Positions 11,768 through 23,641 of a DNA stretch of 64,000 nucleotides are shown here, one piece after another. A program made the translations under genes and the position numbers. Source of the DNA: Camelus dromedarius (taxonomy: Eukaryota). The stretch covers positions 15,314,001 to 15,378,000 of the forward strand of contig NC_087436.1 of NCBI RefSeq assembly GCF_036321535.1, read 5' to 3'. Under the pieces are notes generated by a model that did not search any database, was not told the DNA's origin, and saw nothing but the letters and a program-made list of their open reading frames with translations. Within the stretch, counting starts at the first letter, position 1. The number at the start of each line of letters is the position of its first letter.

Positions 11768-12459
11768 TGTGATGGAGCAGGATCCTGTGGGGCCTTCCCA
11801 GGAAAAACCCCACCACCACCCACCATGTCCTCCACTTGCCTCTTGTCTGTAGAAAAACTTTAGCTGAAGAATAAATTGAATCAGAGAAATGAGAAAATAC
11901 AAAAGTAAAGGAATACAGTCAAGCAAGACAAAAATAATAAGAGTTTAGCCATTAAACAAAGTCAAGGGCCTTTAGTTCCTCCTCCAGGGCTGTTGATAAT
12001 ATTCTGAGCCATGCCCTTTGAGCTGTTTTACAGAGACTGAAACCCCCACCAGGTGGAAGAAGTTAACTGCATGCTGACCAGACTGTAGCCATGACACAAT
12101 TTCGAGAACTGGCCTCAAAGAGATGGGAACAAACTGACCCTGGAACTGAAGATTAACTGTACTTAAAACAATCAAGATGACCCTGATCAGACCTCCGCAT
12201 GTCTAATTTTAAGATGATTGTCAGAGCTGACTGTGCTGTTCTGCATGTAGCGCCTCCCTCCACCTATGCCCCCTTGACACTCTCCTTTAAAAGCGCTTGC
12301 CCTCTGTTCACCCGGGGGGCAGTTGACTTTTGAACATGAGTCCATCTTCGCCCCAGGCTGCCAGCCCCTTGAATAATGCAATCTTTCCTTTCCTACCAAT
12401 ACTTGTCTCTCAAGTACTGGCTTTTCAGTGGCAAGCAACCGAACCTCAGTTCAGTAACA
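11768..12459 (+). mobile_element. Solo ERV1-class LTR
   Basis: TGT...ACA termini, 4-bp TSD ATTT (11764-67 and 12460-63), TATA-like TTTAAAA near 12286 and poly(A)-signal-like AATAAT near 12372. Confidence 0.85.
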
Positions 12460-13242
12460 ATTTTACTTAGCTAATAATTTAATGAAAATTCTACCATAAT
12501 TCCTCACACCAATCCATTTACCTGATACCCTCTCCTGTCCCTCTGCCTCTTCCATGATTTCTCCCTGCTGTTAGGGGTATATCATGGGAACACACTCATC
12601 CTTTGGTACAGTGATGAGTTTATGTAGGTCCACTCCATTTACTTTTGTATGAACATTTTGTGATTAACTGAAATGAGCTCCCAGGCAAAGGCACGACTAA
12701 CCCCAATGGCCTCCCTCTGATGTGTGTACACAGCTACACTGATTCAAGGTATTCTGAGCACCTACTATGTACTCTGTCCACTGTTCAAGTCTAGAAGACA
12801 GCCGAGAATAAGCCAACCCCCGTGTCCTCATAAAGCACACATTTCAGTGGCAGAAACTGTAAATTTTTTTAAAATATGCATAAAAACAAATGCTGAGAAA
12901 AATATAAATTAGACTAAAGGAAATAAGGCTATTAAATACTGAGACAGCCTTTTCTGTGTGGCTTAATCAGTCCTATGGTTTTATCAAACACATACCAAGG
13001 GAAGTTACTCAGCAGCAAAATTTAACCTCTAATTTGCTAGGGAAAAAAAAAACCAAGACAGTCATTGCGAGTGAATGAAATTTTTTGAAAAATGAAACCA
13101 CCCCTCCCTGCTCCTTACAATAGCTTCACCCCTCTGTTAGGTAAAGTGATCATGCTTCTTACCTTTACCTACCTTACTCTTCTGGTACAATATGTACAAG
13201 TACTTTCAAAAGCAGAAACCACAATGCAATTAAGAGTGTCAC

Positions 13243-14421
13243 CTGTAAACGGCGTGCTCTGAGTCCTCGCAGGACGCTGACTGGCAAAGGCAGCTTCATC
13301 TCTGGCCCCAAATGGGGACGGCTGGGTCTCTGCGGCAGGAGTCTCAGATATGAAAGCATCAAAGTCATCCTCCTCCTCCTCCGGCTCCTTCCTCCCTTCC
13401 TCCTCTCCCTCCTCCTCTCCTCCTTTGTTCTCCTCTCCCTCCCCATCAGGCTCTTTTGGGAGAGGCAAGGGATCAGGTGTGGAGAAACTCTGCTCCAAAA
13501 AGCCCTCGGTGCCAGAATCCAGTTCCTTAATGATCTGGTCATACTGGGCAATGAAGTCTTCACCCTCGGGGTTAGTCACCGTCGGGTGTGCACCCTGCTC
13601 AGCCCTGGAGGTGGGGGCTGCTACCTCGGAGTTCGGTTCTAGGGCAACTTCAGGCTCTTTCTCTGGTTCCGGTTCCCTGGACACATTGTGAAACTCGTCC
13701 GAATCATCCCTATTCTGTTCCTCCTCTGACTCTGACTCTGACTCTGACTCTGACTCTGACACTGGCTGAGGACGGGGCAGGGGGCCATTGTTCACAGGCG
13801 GGCTCTGGACTGCAGTCTGGGCTGGGGTTGGGGGTCCCTCAGGGTCCTCCCGTGAGTTCCTGGTGTCCTCCGCGTCCTTCTCGGCACACAGCCTGTACAC
13901 CATCACGTCATCCTGAAAGTCGGACTCCTCGATGTAGGCGCCTTTGAAGAGCAGGATGGCGTTCTTCTTCATCTCCTGGATATGTTTGGGGGGGTCGACC
14001 GGGGCGGGGGGGCCCGAGCTCTCCGCATCCTCGTAGGGCCCCGGGGAGCCCGCGTCCGCCCCCGAGGAGATCCCGGTGTCGTAGCTGTCGTCCCACTCCA
14101 GCTCCGTGTGGCTCTTCTCCTTTCTGGGAGCCCGCGGGGGCCCCATCTTCTGGGGGAGTGGCTGCGGGAGCCCGAGCACGGGGTGGGCGGAGCTCGGAGC
14201 CCTCTCCTCAGACGGAGCCGGCACACTTGGGTAAAGCGCCTCGGGGTCGGGGGAGTCCCCGTCGTACAGGGCGGACCACACGTGGCAGTCCCGCATGCAG
14301 CGGAGGATGTTGGTGTGGGCCTCCCACAGGTACTGCAGGTAGCTGATGTCCAGGGCTTTGCCGTACTCCACGATGCAGGCCGATGGCGGGAAGGCCTCGG
14401 GCAGCGGCTGCTCCGTGGGCC
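13243..14421 (-). CDS. FHIP1A: FHIP1A large coding exon F, 1179 nt: (G)PTEQPLPEAF...ACIVEYGKALDISYLQYLWEAHTNIL...acidic low-complexity linker...RTQSTPFT(G)
   Basis: Core of ORF 13169..14509. Acceptor CTGAC...CCGGGCCAG|GG, donor CAG|GTGACA; phase 1/1, continuing into GPFISVV of exon G. Confidence 0.94.
13725..13760 (-). repeat. Coding hexanucleotide microsatellite (TCTGAC)6 encoding (Ser-Glu)6
   Basis: Six perfect copies; the protein reads PQPV-SESESESESESE-EEQN. Confidence 0.95.
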
Positions 14422-14520
14422 CTGGCCCGGGAGACACACAAGTCAGAACCGGACCCCTTCTGACGCTCACGAGGAGGGGGGGACCCAGCAGTGGACGGGA
14501 ATGAGACACACGGGGCTGCC
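13860..14520. other. Intragenic CpG-rich island overlapping the 5' half of exon F
   Basis: Visibly high GC and dense CG dinucleotides compared with flanks; boundaries estimated by eye. Confidence 0.65.
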
Positions 14521-14721
14521 AAGGCTCTGTCCCACCAGCTACTTTGGTTCTAGTAATTTCTGATTAAATGATACCCAAATAATGTTTTTTTTAAGTGGTT
14601 AGACTTTAAGAAGGAAAGTTGAGAACAGAAACTCTACCTTCACAAATATATAGACCCAATCTGGCCGGTCAGATACTGGCTATTGCCAGCAGAAGTCTGT
14701 TACTTGGTATCAGTTTTTGAT

Positions 14722-14828
14722 GGGGGAGAGGAGAGGGTGTAGCTCAGTGGCAGCACACATGCTTAGCATGCACAAGGTCCTGGGTTCAATCCCCAGTGCC
14801 TCCATTGAAAAAAAAGAGAGAGAGAGAG
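14722..14828 (+). mobile_element. tRNA-Ala-derived SINE (vic-1 type)
   Basis: GAGGGTGTAGCTCAGTGG...GGTTCAATCCCCAGTGCCTCCA followed by an A/(GA)n tail. Confidence 0.85.
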
Positions 14829-15264
14829 TAATAAGAGCTAATAATGGCAACCTCTCAAGTTGCTGAGAGGATTAACTTATTAGGTAATATATCGAATATG
14901 GTACCTGGCACAGAGTAGGTAATAAAAAGAATTTTACTCTGACTCTAAACTGGAAAGCCTATATAATCCATGAATTTGGAGAAGAGATGTGTTCTAGAAA
15001 CCCCTGGGGTTTTCAAAAAGTTTAACTCATTCCACCTTCCTAGGAACTCCTGAGATGTTGTACATATTGTACCAAATGGTGTCTTACGATAAAGTCATAT
15101 TCACTACCAAAATAACCCTTTAACCTAAGAATTATACTCTGACTACCTTTGATGTAAAAAGTTCTCAACCGTGTAACTGAAATAGCTGTGAAAACATCCA
15201 TATTTAAGTTTACATTTTCCTTTAGAAAAAGAAAAAGGACTCAGACAAGGGAAAATACAAACTC

Positions 15265-16080
15265 TACCATTTCCTGAACATCAACTACCTGACAGGTGCT
15301 TTATGAATGTTCCCTAATTTAATCCTCACAACGACAGTATAGGGAGATACTATTTTCTCCATTTACAGATGAAGAAACTGATGCTGAGACGAAGATCACC
15401 CAGTGGGTCGGGGGCAGAGCCACAAGTCAAGCAGAAGCTGTCTCACATCAACCTCTCTCCTTATTTTGTTCGATGCCACACCTTTCAAGCCTTTTGTCCC
15501 TTCAGACTCCTTTCAGACTGAACCTTTGAGAATACAAATTTTCATATCACTAGGGTAGACACAATTCATTTTTTACAGCTCTACTGTTAAAAGTCTCTCT
15601 CTTATCCACTTTGACTACTGATAATATTTATTTACCACTTACTACAAACCAGGCAATTTTCTAACAGCTTTGTATGTCCTACATCACCTATCCTTGGAGC
15701 AACCGTTTGAGGAAGGTACTATTTTAGAGATGAGGAGAAAAGCTTAGAAAGATCAAATAACTTGCCTAAGGCAGTAGCAGAGCTGAGATTCAGCTCTTAA
15801 CCACTGCACAATTAAACTGTCTATCTACCCACCTCCTTATCCACATAACCACCATGGGGACATTTATCTACCAGAAAGCAACCCCAGAGGGAGGAGAGTG
15901 GGAAGAACATGGGATCTGGAATCAGAGGACCTACTACCAGCTGTAGGTAACCTTGAACCAGTCAATGCCTCTCTCTGAGTCTATTTCTGTAAATTGAGAC
16001 TATGACTATCTTCAAAGGATTAAATGTGATAACACAGAGAAGGGACGTGGCAAGTTGCAGGCACTCAACCATCGTATGTT
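15265..16080. mobile_element. Cluster of three MIR SINEs (about 15265-15430 minus, 15620-15810 minus, 15895-16080 plus)
   Basis: Core motifs CCATTTACAGATGAAGAAACTGA, TAACTTGCCTAAGG, CTCTCTGAGTCT...GGATTAAATG. Confidence 0.6.
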
Positions 16081-16416
16081 TAACTTGAAATCTGAACTCT
16101 TTTTAAAGGTCAGCCATAGAATCATTCTTAAAACAACTTCTTTAGTAAATAAAAAAGACATCAATTTCTTAAATATGTTTTTAAAAGTAATTACTGGGTA
16201 GGAAAATATAAGATACCCATACTAGTTTACCTAACAGGAAAATATATTTAATATACAACTTGTTATACTGCTGAGTAAATTACTAATTTACACGATGCAC
16301 TATATCTTTATTTAAAAACCAAGAACCAGTAAGACAACCCTAATTTCCAAAAATTACATTTATATCACAAATGCTGACATTTTCTTAGTCAAGCAGCCCA
16401 GCTCTTAGACAACATC

Positions 16417-17375
16417 TGTTATCTAAGAGGACTACAGCTGGGTGGACAAAATGACATTGTTTGGGGGGCTATCAAAATATAGACAGGAAACCTGGAGTCA
16501 ACACTGGGCCTGGACCATTTCCTAGTGGTCACAGGACAGACAGAATCTTCCTGAACTGAAGAAGCCTCCTGACCACCAAAGACACACAAATGCCTCCTTG
16601 CTACAGCTGCCTGTGGAGGGAGGACCAAAGCTGACACAGGTCGCCATTTAAATTTTACTTGTACGAGATCAACTACCACAGCTGGCAAACACCAACCACA
16701 TGGGCACCATGACTCCTGGCACATCAGAGTAATTATGAAAAACCCTCACGAGGTCAATCAAATGAATCATATCTTGAGACAGGAGGGAAGGGGGCAGGGC
16801 ACAACCATTAAAAAAACAACACAGCTATTGAAGATACGACATAAACTGATTAGAACCAACTAGGCCAAGATGGCGGAAGATTCACTTCCAGCAGAACTCG
16901 AGCCTCATTATAGGCTCATTGTAATACATTAGCTGCTAAATGACACACGACAGTCACCATGATAGTTCCTGACCATAAAAGGCCAGGAGGGGGGCAACTC
17001 CTGAAAATCTCTGCCCCTTCCCCAAAGTAGTTGGAATAATCCTCCCACTTGCCTATGAAATTACCCAACCCATAAAAACCAACCATGCCCGCTCCTCAGA
17101 ACCCACTCTTGCTTTCCGAGACGACCCCATACCCTGGGGCCATCTCTCTGGCCTTCTGAGACAGCCTACACTCTGTGCATGGAGTGTGCATCCCTCTGAA
17201 TAAATCTACTTTCACTTTAATATAAAATGTGGTTTTCGCAGGGCTGCTCTCCCTTCTAAGACAGACCGCACTGTCTATGGAGTGTGTATCTCTCTAAATA
17301 AACTTGCTTTCACTTTACTGTGGCTCACTCTTGAATTCTTTCCTGAGAGAAACAAGAACCTGCTCTAGGGTAACA
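16417..17375 (+). mobile_element. Solo ERV1 LTR, MER41-like
   Basis: Imperfect terminal inverted repeat TGTTATCTAAGAG...CTCTAGGGTAACA, CAAGATGGCGG motif, and a duplicated AATAAA-containing 3' block. Confidence 0.8.
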
Positions 17376-17815
17376 ATACTGTTGCCATATCACAAATTTC
17401 ACGTTTTAGAATGATATATTATGGGCAGGCAAGCATCCATAAATGGGTAACTTTGGAAATTAAAATAAGGGCGAATTCTATCTGAGCCCTAGCCACCTCC
17501 ACACCCCCCGCCCCATTTTGTCTAAGGAGACAAGCAAGTACACGTTTTCCTGTCGTATTTGGACTTTGAGGAGACCCCTAGAAAGCCTAGTTAAAATAAA
17601 GGTCTCACTGACGAGGTGAGAACTGGGCATGTCAATGAACACTGATCGCAGGTGTCTATGATTCTCTACGAAGCAGAAGAGGACCCCCAACTAGTCAGTC
17701 GTAAAAGAAATGGGACCCACTGCATCATTCCGCGTCTACCTAGAGAGAGAGAGCGCGCGATGGAACTTGGCACCCTTTCGTTTAAAGATGATCAGTACCA
17801 GAGAGGTCCTCCTAC

Positions 17816-18006
17816 CTGGATTATCATGCGTGCACTTTGACCAGAGAATATAATCCCTCTCCTGGTTCCCCAGTGTCAGGGTGATCCCGCTGGAGCAGCA
17901 GACGGGGGTCAAGGCAAGCAGCTTGGCCGCAGAAACGGAGTAACAGTCTCTCTCCTTCACGGCCCACCGTTGACTCAGCATCATGTGATTGCAAGGGATC
18001 AGATAC
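17816..18006 (-). CDS. FHIP1A: FHIP1A coding exon E, 191 nt: (R)YLIPCNHMMLSQRWAVKERDCYSVSAAKLLALTPVCCSSGITLTLGNQERDYILWSKCTHDNP(G)
   Basis: Within ORF 17736..18074. Acceptor GTTCCAG|G, donor CAG|GTAGGA; phase 2/1. Confidence 0.95.
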
Positions 18007-18655
18007 CTGGAACGACAGAGGGCCGGCGTCAGTGTCTGTGCGGTCTGTTCCCAGCCAGCCACTACCCGAGCCACAGCCAGGACCAGTCACATCTTCTCCC
18101 CACCTCACTCATGCATCCTGCCAGCCCTGAGGGCTCACTCTTTTATGAAAACTTGTCAAGGGCTTCTCCCTTCTGTAAGGGCCTTCACACTTCATTCTCC
18201 ACACGCGGCCCCATCTCTCCACAGCTCTGCCATCCCTCTGTGCCTCCGAGCCTGTGCACCCACTGCTACCTCCCCCTGCAGTGTGCCTTCCGCTCCCCTT
18301 GCCTGACAAATGCCTGGTCACCCTACAAAGTCTAGCTTCTGTGTCACCTTCTCCAGGAAGGCTTCTAGGCTTCCTACTCCAACACAGAGCCACTCTCTGC
18401 CTCCCACGATGCTCACAGCCCTCTCCTAAGGCACTGTTACCAGTATCACAATTATGTCTGTGTCTGCCTTCTCAATATAATGTGCTACCAGAGCCAGCGC
18501 CTCCTCCAATAGTTTTGTCTCATAACCTCAGAAACTCTGGCTCAGAGTGGGTACCAAATGACAACAGTGGCAGAAAAAGGCAAAGAACCCATCATAGTGC
18601 AAATCTCCTCTTGTATTCTCATGGGTGATCTCTCACCAGCTCCAGTGGGGGGGTG

Positions 18656-19298
18656 TGTAAGTGGTAGGGGGTGGTCCCCACACCACCAAGCAAGATGTCC
18701 TTCTTTCCAACTAAATTCCAACAACATCTACCCAGAGAGAGCAGCCCACCCCACACACAGGTCAAGGGTTCAGTCCTACAAGACTGCCCCTCCCCAACCC
18801 TCAACACACAACACACTTCAGATGCCAATACAAGTCCAAGTTGTCACTTGCGCTCCTGACCAATCGACTATAAATCAGAGGTTCTAACAACCATTGCCTT
18901 GGGTTCAATGAATTTGCTAGAGTGGCCTACAGAACTCAGAAACATTTTACTGACTAGATCACTGCTTTATCATAAAAGGATATAACTCAGGAACAGCCAG
19001 ATGGCAAGATGCACCGGGTAAGGTACATGCGGCAGGGAGCGGAGCATCCATGCCCTCCATGGGCAAGTCTCTCTCCCAGCACCTCCACGTGTCCTCCAGC
19101 CCTGAGGCTCTCCAAACCCAGTCTTTGTGGGTTTTTACGGAGGTTTCATTACGCAGTCACGGATGACTGAATCATTGGCCACTGGCGATTCATTCAACCT
19201 CTAGCCCATCTCCCCTCCCCAGATATCAGGGGATGGGTGGAAAAAGAAATAGGGAGAAGACTAAGCGTATAGTTCTTATTACAAATCAGAGTACGATA
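18656..19298. mobile_element. MER21-like LTR element
   Basis: Recalled hallmarks: CAGTCCTACAAGACTGCCCC, CTTCAGATGCCAAT, CTATAAATCAGAGGTTC, AATTTGCTAGAGTGGC. Confidence 0.75.
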
Positions 19299-22200
19299 GT
19301 GGCCAAGGACTCACTGGGGAGCGCTGGGCCCCATTTCACACAAAACGCTTTTGGTTGGTGATCAGAGCCTCTTGGTATCAGTATGAAGCTGGAAAGAAGA
19401 AAACCCGGGCAACTGTTTCTGACACACTTGGAGCACAACACAGGCTTTGTGGGTAGAACAAAGTGCCTTTAAATAGCTTTCTTTCTTAACAGGGAGAAAG
19501 ACCATGCTGTTTACTTAAACAAAGATGGAACAAACTGGATGGAGGTCTCACGGCCAGAGCCAAGTGTCCCATGTCTGTGCAGGAGCCAGTTCCAGAGACC
19601 CTGAGCCTGTATGTGAACAACCACAATCTTCAATAAACCAGAATGTTTTTGTTTCTGTGTTTAGGTTTTGAGAAAGAGGCAGTACAAAGGAATACAAGCT
19701 ATGATTAAGGATTCAGTGAAACAGGTAAAAGTACAACTTCCAGGGTATGTTTGGGGCCAGTAAACATTAAGCTTCTGTTCCTCCTGCAGCTCCTGTTCAT
19801 CTGAAAGAGGAAAACCTGTTTACATGAATGACTGACAGACTGCGAGTGCCTGAGTCCAGGCAGAGAAGAGATTTCATTTTCTTCATAGCATTTTACACTC
19901 AAAGGCCTTAATAACTTTCAAAGGATAAAATGATAAATTTGCACTTAACCTTCCATTTTCAAAAACAAATGAAAAAAATCAAACTGTGCTTCAATCAGCC
20001 CAAACCTAACTATGTAGCAGGTAAGGGGTCCTAGTCTCCCCTCCCCACATACAACACACACACACACACACCTGAGCCAAAATGGCTATCACTAAGATCC
20101 AGGCACACCCGCAAGTCTTATGTGGTGGCGTCTGTTTTCCTATGTTCAGCTGCGTGAAAGTCAAAGCTTATAAGAATAAGAAGGAAGGACAGAGGAGGGC
20201 AGTCTGGGAAACAGAGCAGTTCTGTTCTAACTCCTGGCCCAGCTTTGGGAACATGGACCTGAGCCCTACGGGAGAAGAAACAGATGCTGGAGGTAGAAAA
20301 TGAAGGCGCTCTTTTCACAAGGATTTCTGGGGGAAGAGATGTTTTGCTGACCAAGAATGATGCTTCTCCCACCAATCTGAACCCAGCACCGCTCTCGCCT
20401 TGAAGACACAAGGAAAAGCAGTGCCTCTCCAACACTGCAGGCCCCATGTGCTCTCAGGACAGGGGAGGGCTCCAACCCAGGGAGCTCAGCAGATGAGGAG
20501 GCCACGGCCAAGGTGCTACAGTAGCCGTGGTGGGGGACAGGCTTGTCCGCGAACGCATGTAAGACCCCTCCCTTGGGACCCTCCCAGAAGTGATGGCTGA
20601 TGCCAAGGTCTTAGATGAGGGGCGGGGTTAAGAGGCAGGGAAACCTATCCTGTGGGTGTTGACATGAACCCTCCTGTTCTCATAAGCTGGTAAGGCCCAA
20701 GGAAATTCAGATCGCACAAGATTTATTGTATCCTTATTTTGATTATTAATTATTTAAGAAATAAACTGCTTTGATGCTTTTATATACTGCAGGAACTCAA
20801 CGACTACTTATAGCCCAACCCAAGCCTATTTCATGATTAAAGCCGATATACATAGATTTCTACTCTTTGTTTGAAGTACTGAAAAAAAAAAAAAAAGAAC
20901 ACTGGATCAAACCTAATAAAGCTATTTATCAAGTATCACCAGTGGGTAGCTTGAAACTGTATTAGAATAAAGAGTTACTGGGAATTTGCAACTTTGCAAA
21001 TACACGCCTTCAGTAGAAACCAAGAATTTTCTTCGGAGTAAATCGAATAAAGGAAGATCCCCATAGGTTGAAGGAGGAGGTTCTTTCTATAAAATTGGAA
21101 ATTGGAGAGTCAGCTCAAATGAATAACACTCTGTATTCAAAGCAGCTCTCCTATTACTGTGCCTTTATAATGAAGGACTGTCCTGGGGGAGAGCAGGAAA
21201 ACCATACATGGTCACTCTGTCTTTCCGTCATTTACTGGGAAAGATGAGAAACAGAATAAAATCAGAAGCTCCCCAAGTGTCAAGTATCGAAATGAAGTGG
21301 CTGAATAGCAGAAAAATCACTTAGGAATTCAGTATAGATATCTGTCATCAAACTACATTTAAACTACACTTATTTTGTTTGGGGATATTATTTAAACTCA
21401 GAAAGTGGTAAAAAAATGATCAGAGACTAGTAAATGACTGATTTGAGAGATCCAGCTTACTCAACACCATCCCGCAATATAGCAGGAAAAAAAAAATATT
21501 GCCCACATTGTCCGCCCTTTTTTCATGATTTCCCCAACCCTCTGGAACCCTGGATCTGTTTTCTGTTTTCCTGGATATCACTCATTAAAACAAATCATTA
21601 TCACTTTCGAAACAATTCAGTAACAACCAATCAATAACAAGGGACATGTATTGTCTATTGCTACAATGACAATAAAAACAAACAAAGCCGTGAAGTCCGA
21701 GGATGTAAACACAGTGCTTCTTATGAGATGTTATCATCAATGCACCAAAAGGCAAAAATCTCAAAAGCAACCTTAGTGAATTTCAAATACTTGTTAGTTT
21801 CACAAAGACATCCTGGCCATATTTCTCCTATTCGTCTTACCCTAGGCTGACTTTTTTTTTTTTCCCCTCTCCTCTAGACACCTAACACCCATACAAAATG
21901 GAAATGTTTCTGAAGTGCTCGCGCAGCTTCTCTTCAAGCAAAGCAGCCTCTATCTGAATACAGCAGGCAATGCAGTTTACAAGCCTGACAAAGGACCGGC
22001 CCTTCTGGAAAAAACACCCCAACCAGAATGTTCAGAAATAGGCATTCAGGGTATTAAGCAATTAAATGTTGCCCAAACTGAGAAGTGCCAAGAACATGGG
22101 GGTGATGTGTCCCTTCACTGCTTGTCAGCATTTCCTGCCGGCCTTTGGTCTAACGTGTGTCACATCCCTGAAGGTGGACAACCTCTCCTTGGTTTCCTGC

Positions 22201-22600
22201 TTGCTTAAATAGCCTCTCTTCTGGGGTTCCTTATTTTAACTTACCTTTCTAGTATTTTGCTAAAGGAAATAAACAGATCAGTTACAAATGGATTATCGTT
22301 TTGCAATGTCAATAATTAAGAGTATTTGGGTTGCAACAAAAATGGATGCAGGTATTATTTATCATGTAACAAATAACTTCATTAGAAGGATTCATGTAAC
22401 CTTCATGGCTCTACTGCCTCGCAGATCTACAAGTCTGTCATGTACATTTCAATGGCTACAGTGGTAACAACAAAAAGGACAGATTATAAATCTATTTTTT
22501 GTGTCCCTTAAAATAAAATTGAAATGACTAAATAAGGACTTTTCATTGTCTTTGCTTTTGGTACAGATTCTAAAGCAGAAAAAAAACATTGTTTTCATTA

Positions 22601-23209
22601 CAGTAACTCCCTTCTTATCCCTTCTTATCTGTGGGGGATACATTCCAAGACCCCCAGTGATACCTAAAACCGTGGACAGTACCGAACCCTATATATGTTG
22701 CATTTTTCTTATACATACAAACCTATGATAAAGCTTAACTTATACATTAGGCTCAGTAAGAGATGAACAATAGCTGGTAATAAGACAGAACAATTCTAAT
22801 AATAAACTGTAAAAAATAAGTTCTGTGAATGTAGTTTCTCTCTCTCTCAAAATATCTTATTGTAGTGTCCTCATCCTCCTTCTTGTGATGATGGGAGATG
22901 ATAAAATGCCTACCTGATGAGCTGAAGTGAGGTGAGTGATGTAGGCGTGGTGATGCAGGGTTAGGCTATTCTGACCTTCCGACATACTGTCAGAAGGAGG
23001 GCCGCCTGCTGAAGGTGAGCCTGGACCACTAAGCCATGACGAGGTCACTGTTTGGGGGACGGTGTGAGATTCTACCACCCTACTCAGAACAGTGCATAAT
23101 TTAAAACTTATGAATTGTTTATTACTGGAATTTTCCATTTAATATTTTTAGACCACAGTTGACCATGGGAAACCTTGGAAAGCAAAACTGTGAGTACAGG
23201 GGACTACTA
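22601..23209 (-). mobile_element. MER44-type (Tigger/TcMar) non-autonomous DNA transposon
   Basis: TA|CAGTAACTCCC... and ...GGGGACTACT terminal inverted repeats; internal GGAATTTTCCATTTAATATTTT. Confidence 0.82.
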
Positions 23210-23641
23210 CAGTTTAAAATGCATTTTCTAGAAAATTCCCCTCCTTTAAATTTGTATGGTATATTACAGTGTCTCAAGACATTTTCACAGATATTACCAC
23301 AGTTGATCCTCCAAAAACCCTTGTGAGATACAAATTCCAAAACCAGAATAGGTCAAGAGGCTCTAACTGCATACGTTACATCTTATCATTCCAGTCACCA
23401 TTGTTCACAGCTTCGTCCTCATATTTTTAAATCTCCTTATTACTTACTGCTGCAAACTTAGTAGTAACGTTTCAAATCTATCTTCTAGTTCATTCATTCT
23501 CTCTTAATCTGTAGTTTAAATGTTATTTACCCTACTCATTTTTCATTTTAATAATTACAGTTCTTACTTCTAAAACCCCCAGCTGGTTCTTCAAATCTGC
23601 CTGTCATTTTTGCTTGATTATCAAAATGCCATTTTTGTTTT

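Noticed and set aside
13169..14509. Treating the 446-aa ORF as a standalone gene
   Set aside because: Its ends are intronic; splice sites at 14421 and 13243 join it in phase to flanking FHIP1A exons.
13588..14563. Long overlapping ORFs in other frames and on the opposite strand of exon F (e.g. 13982..14563 +, 13969..14439 -)
   Set aside because: Expected shadows of a GC-rich coding exon with few stop codons; Arg/Gly/Pro-rich peptides with no recognisable family.
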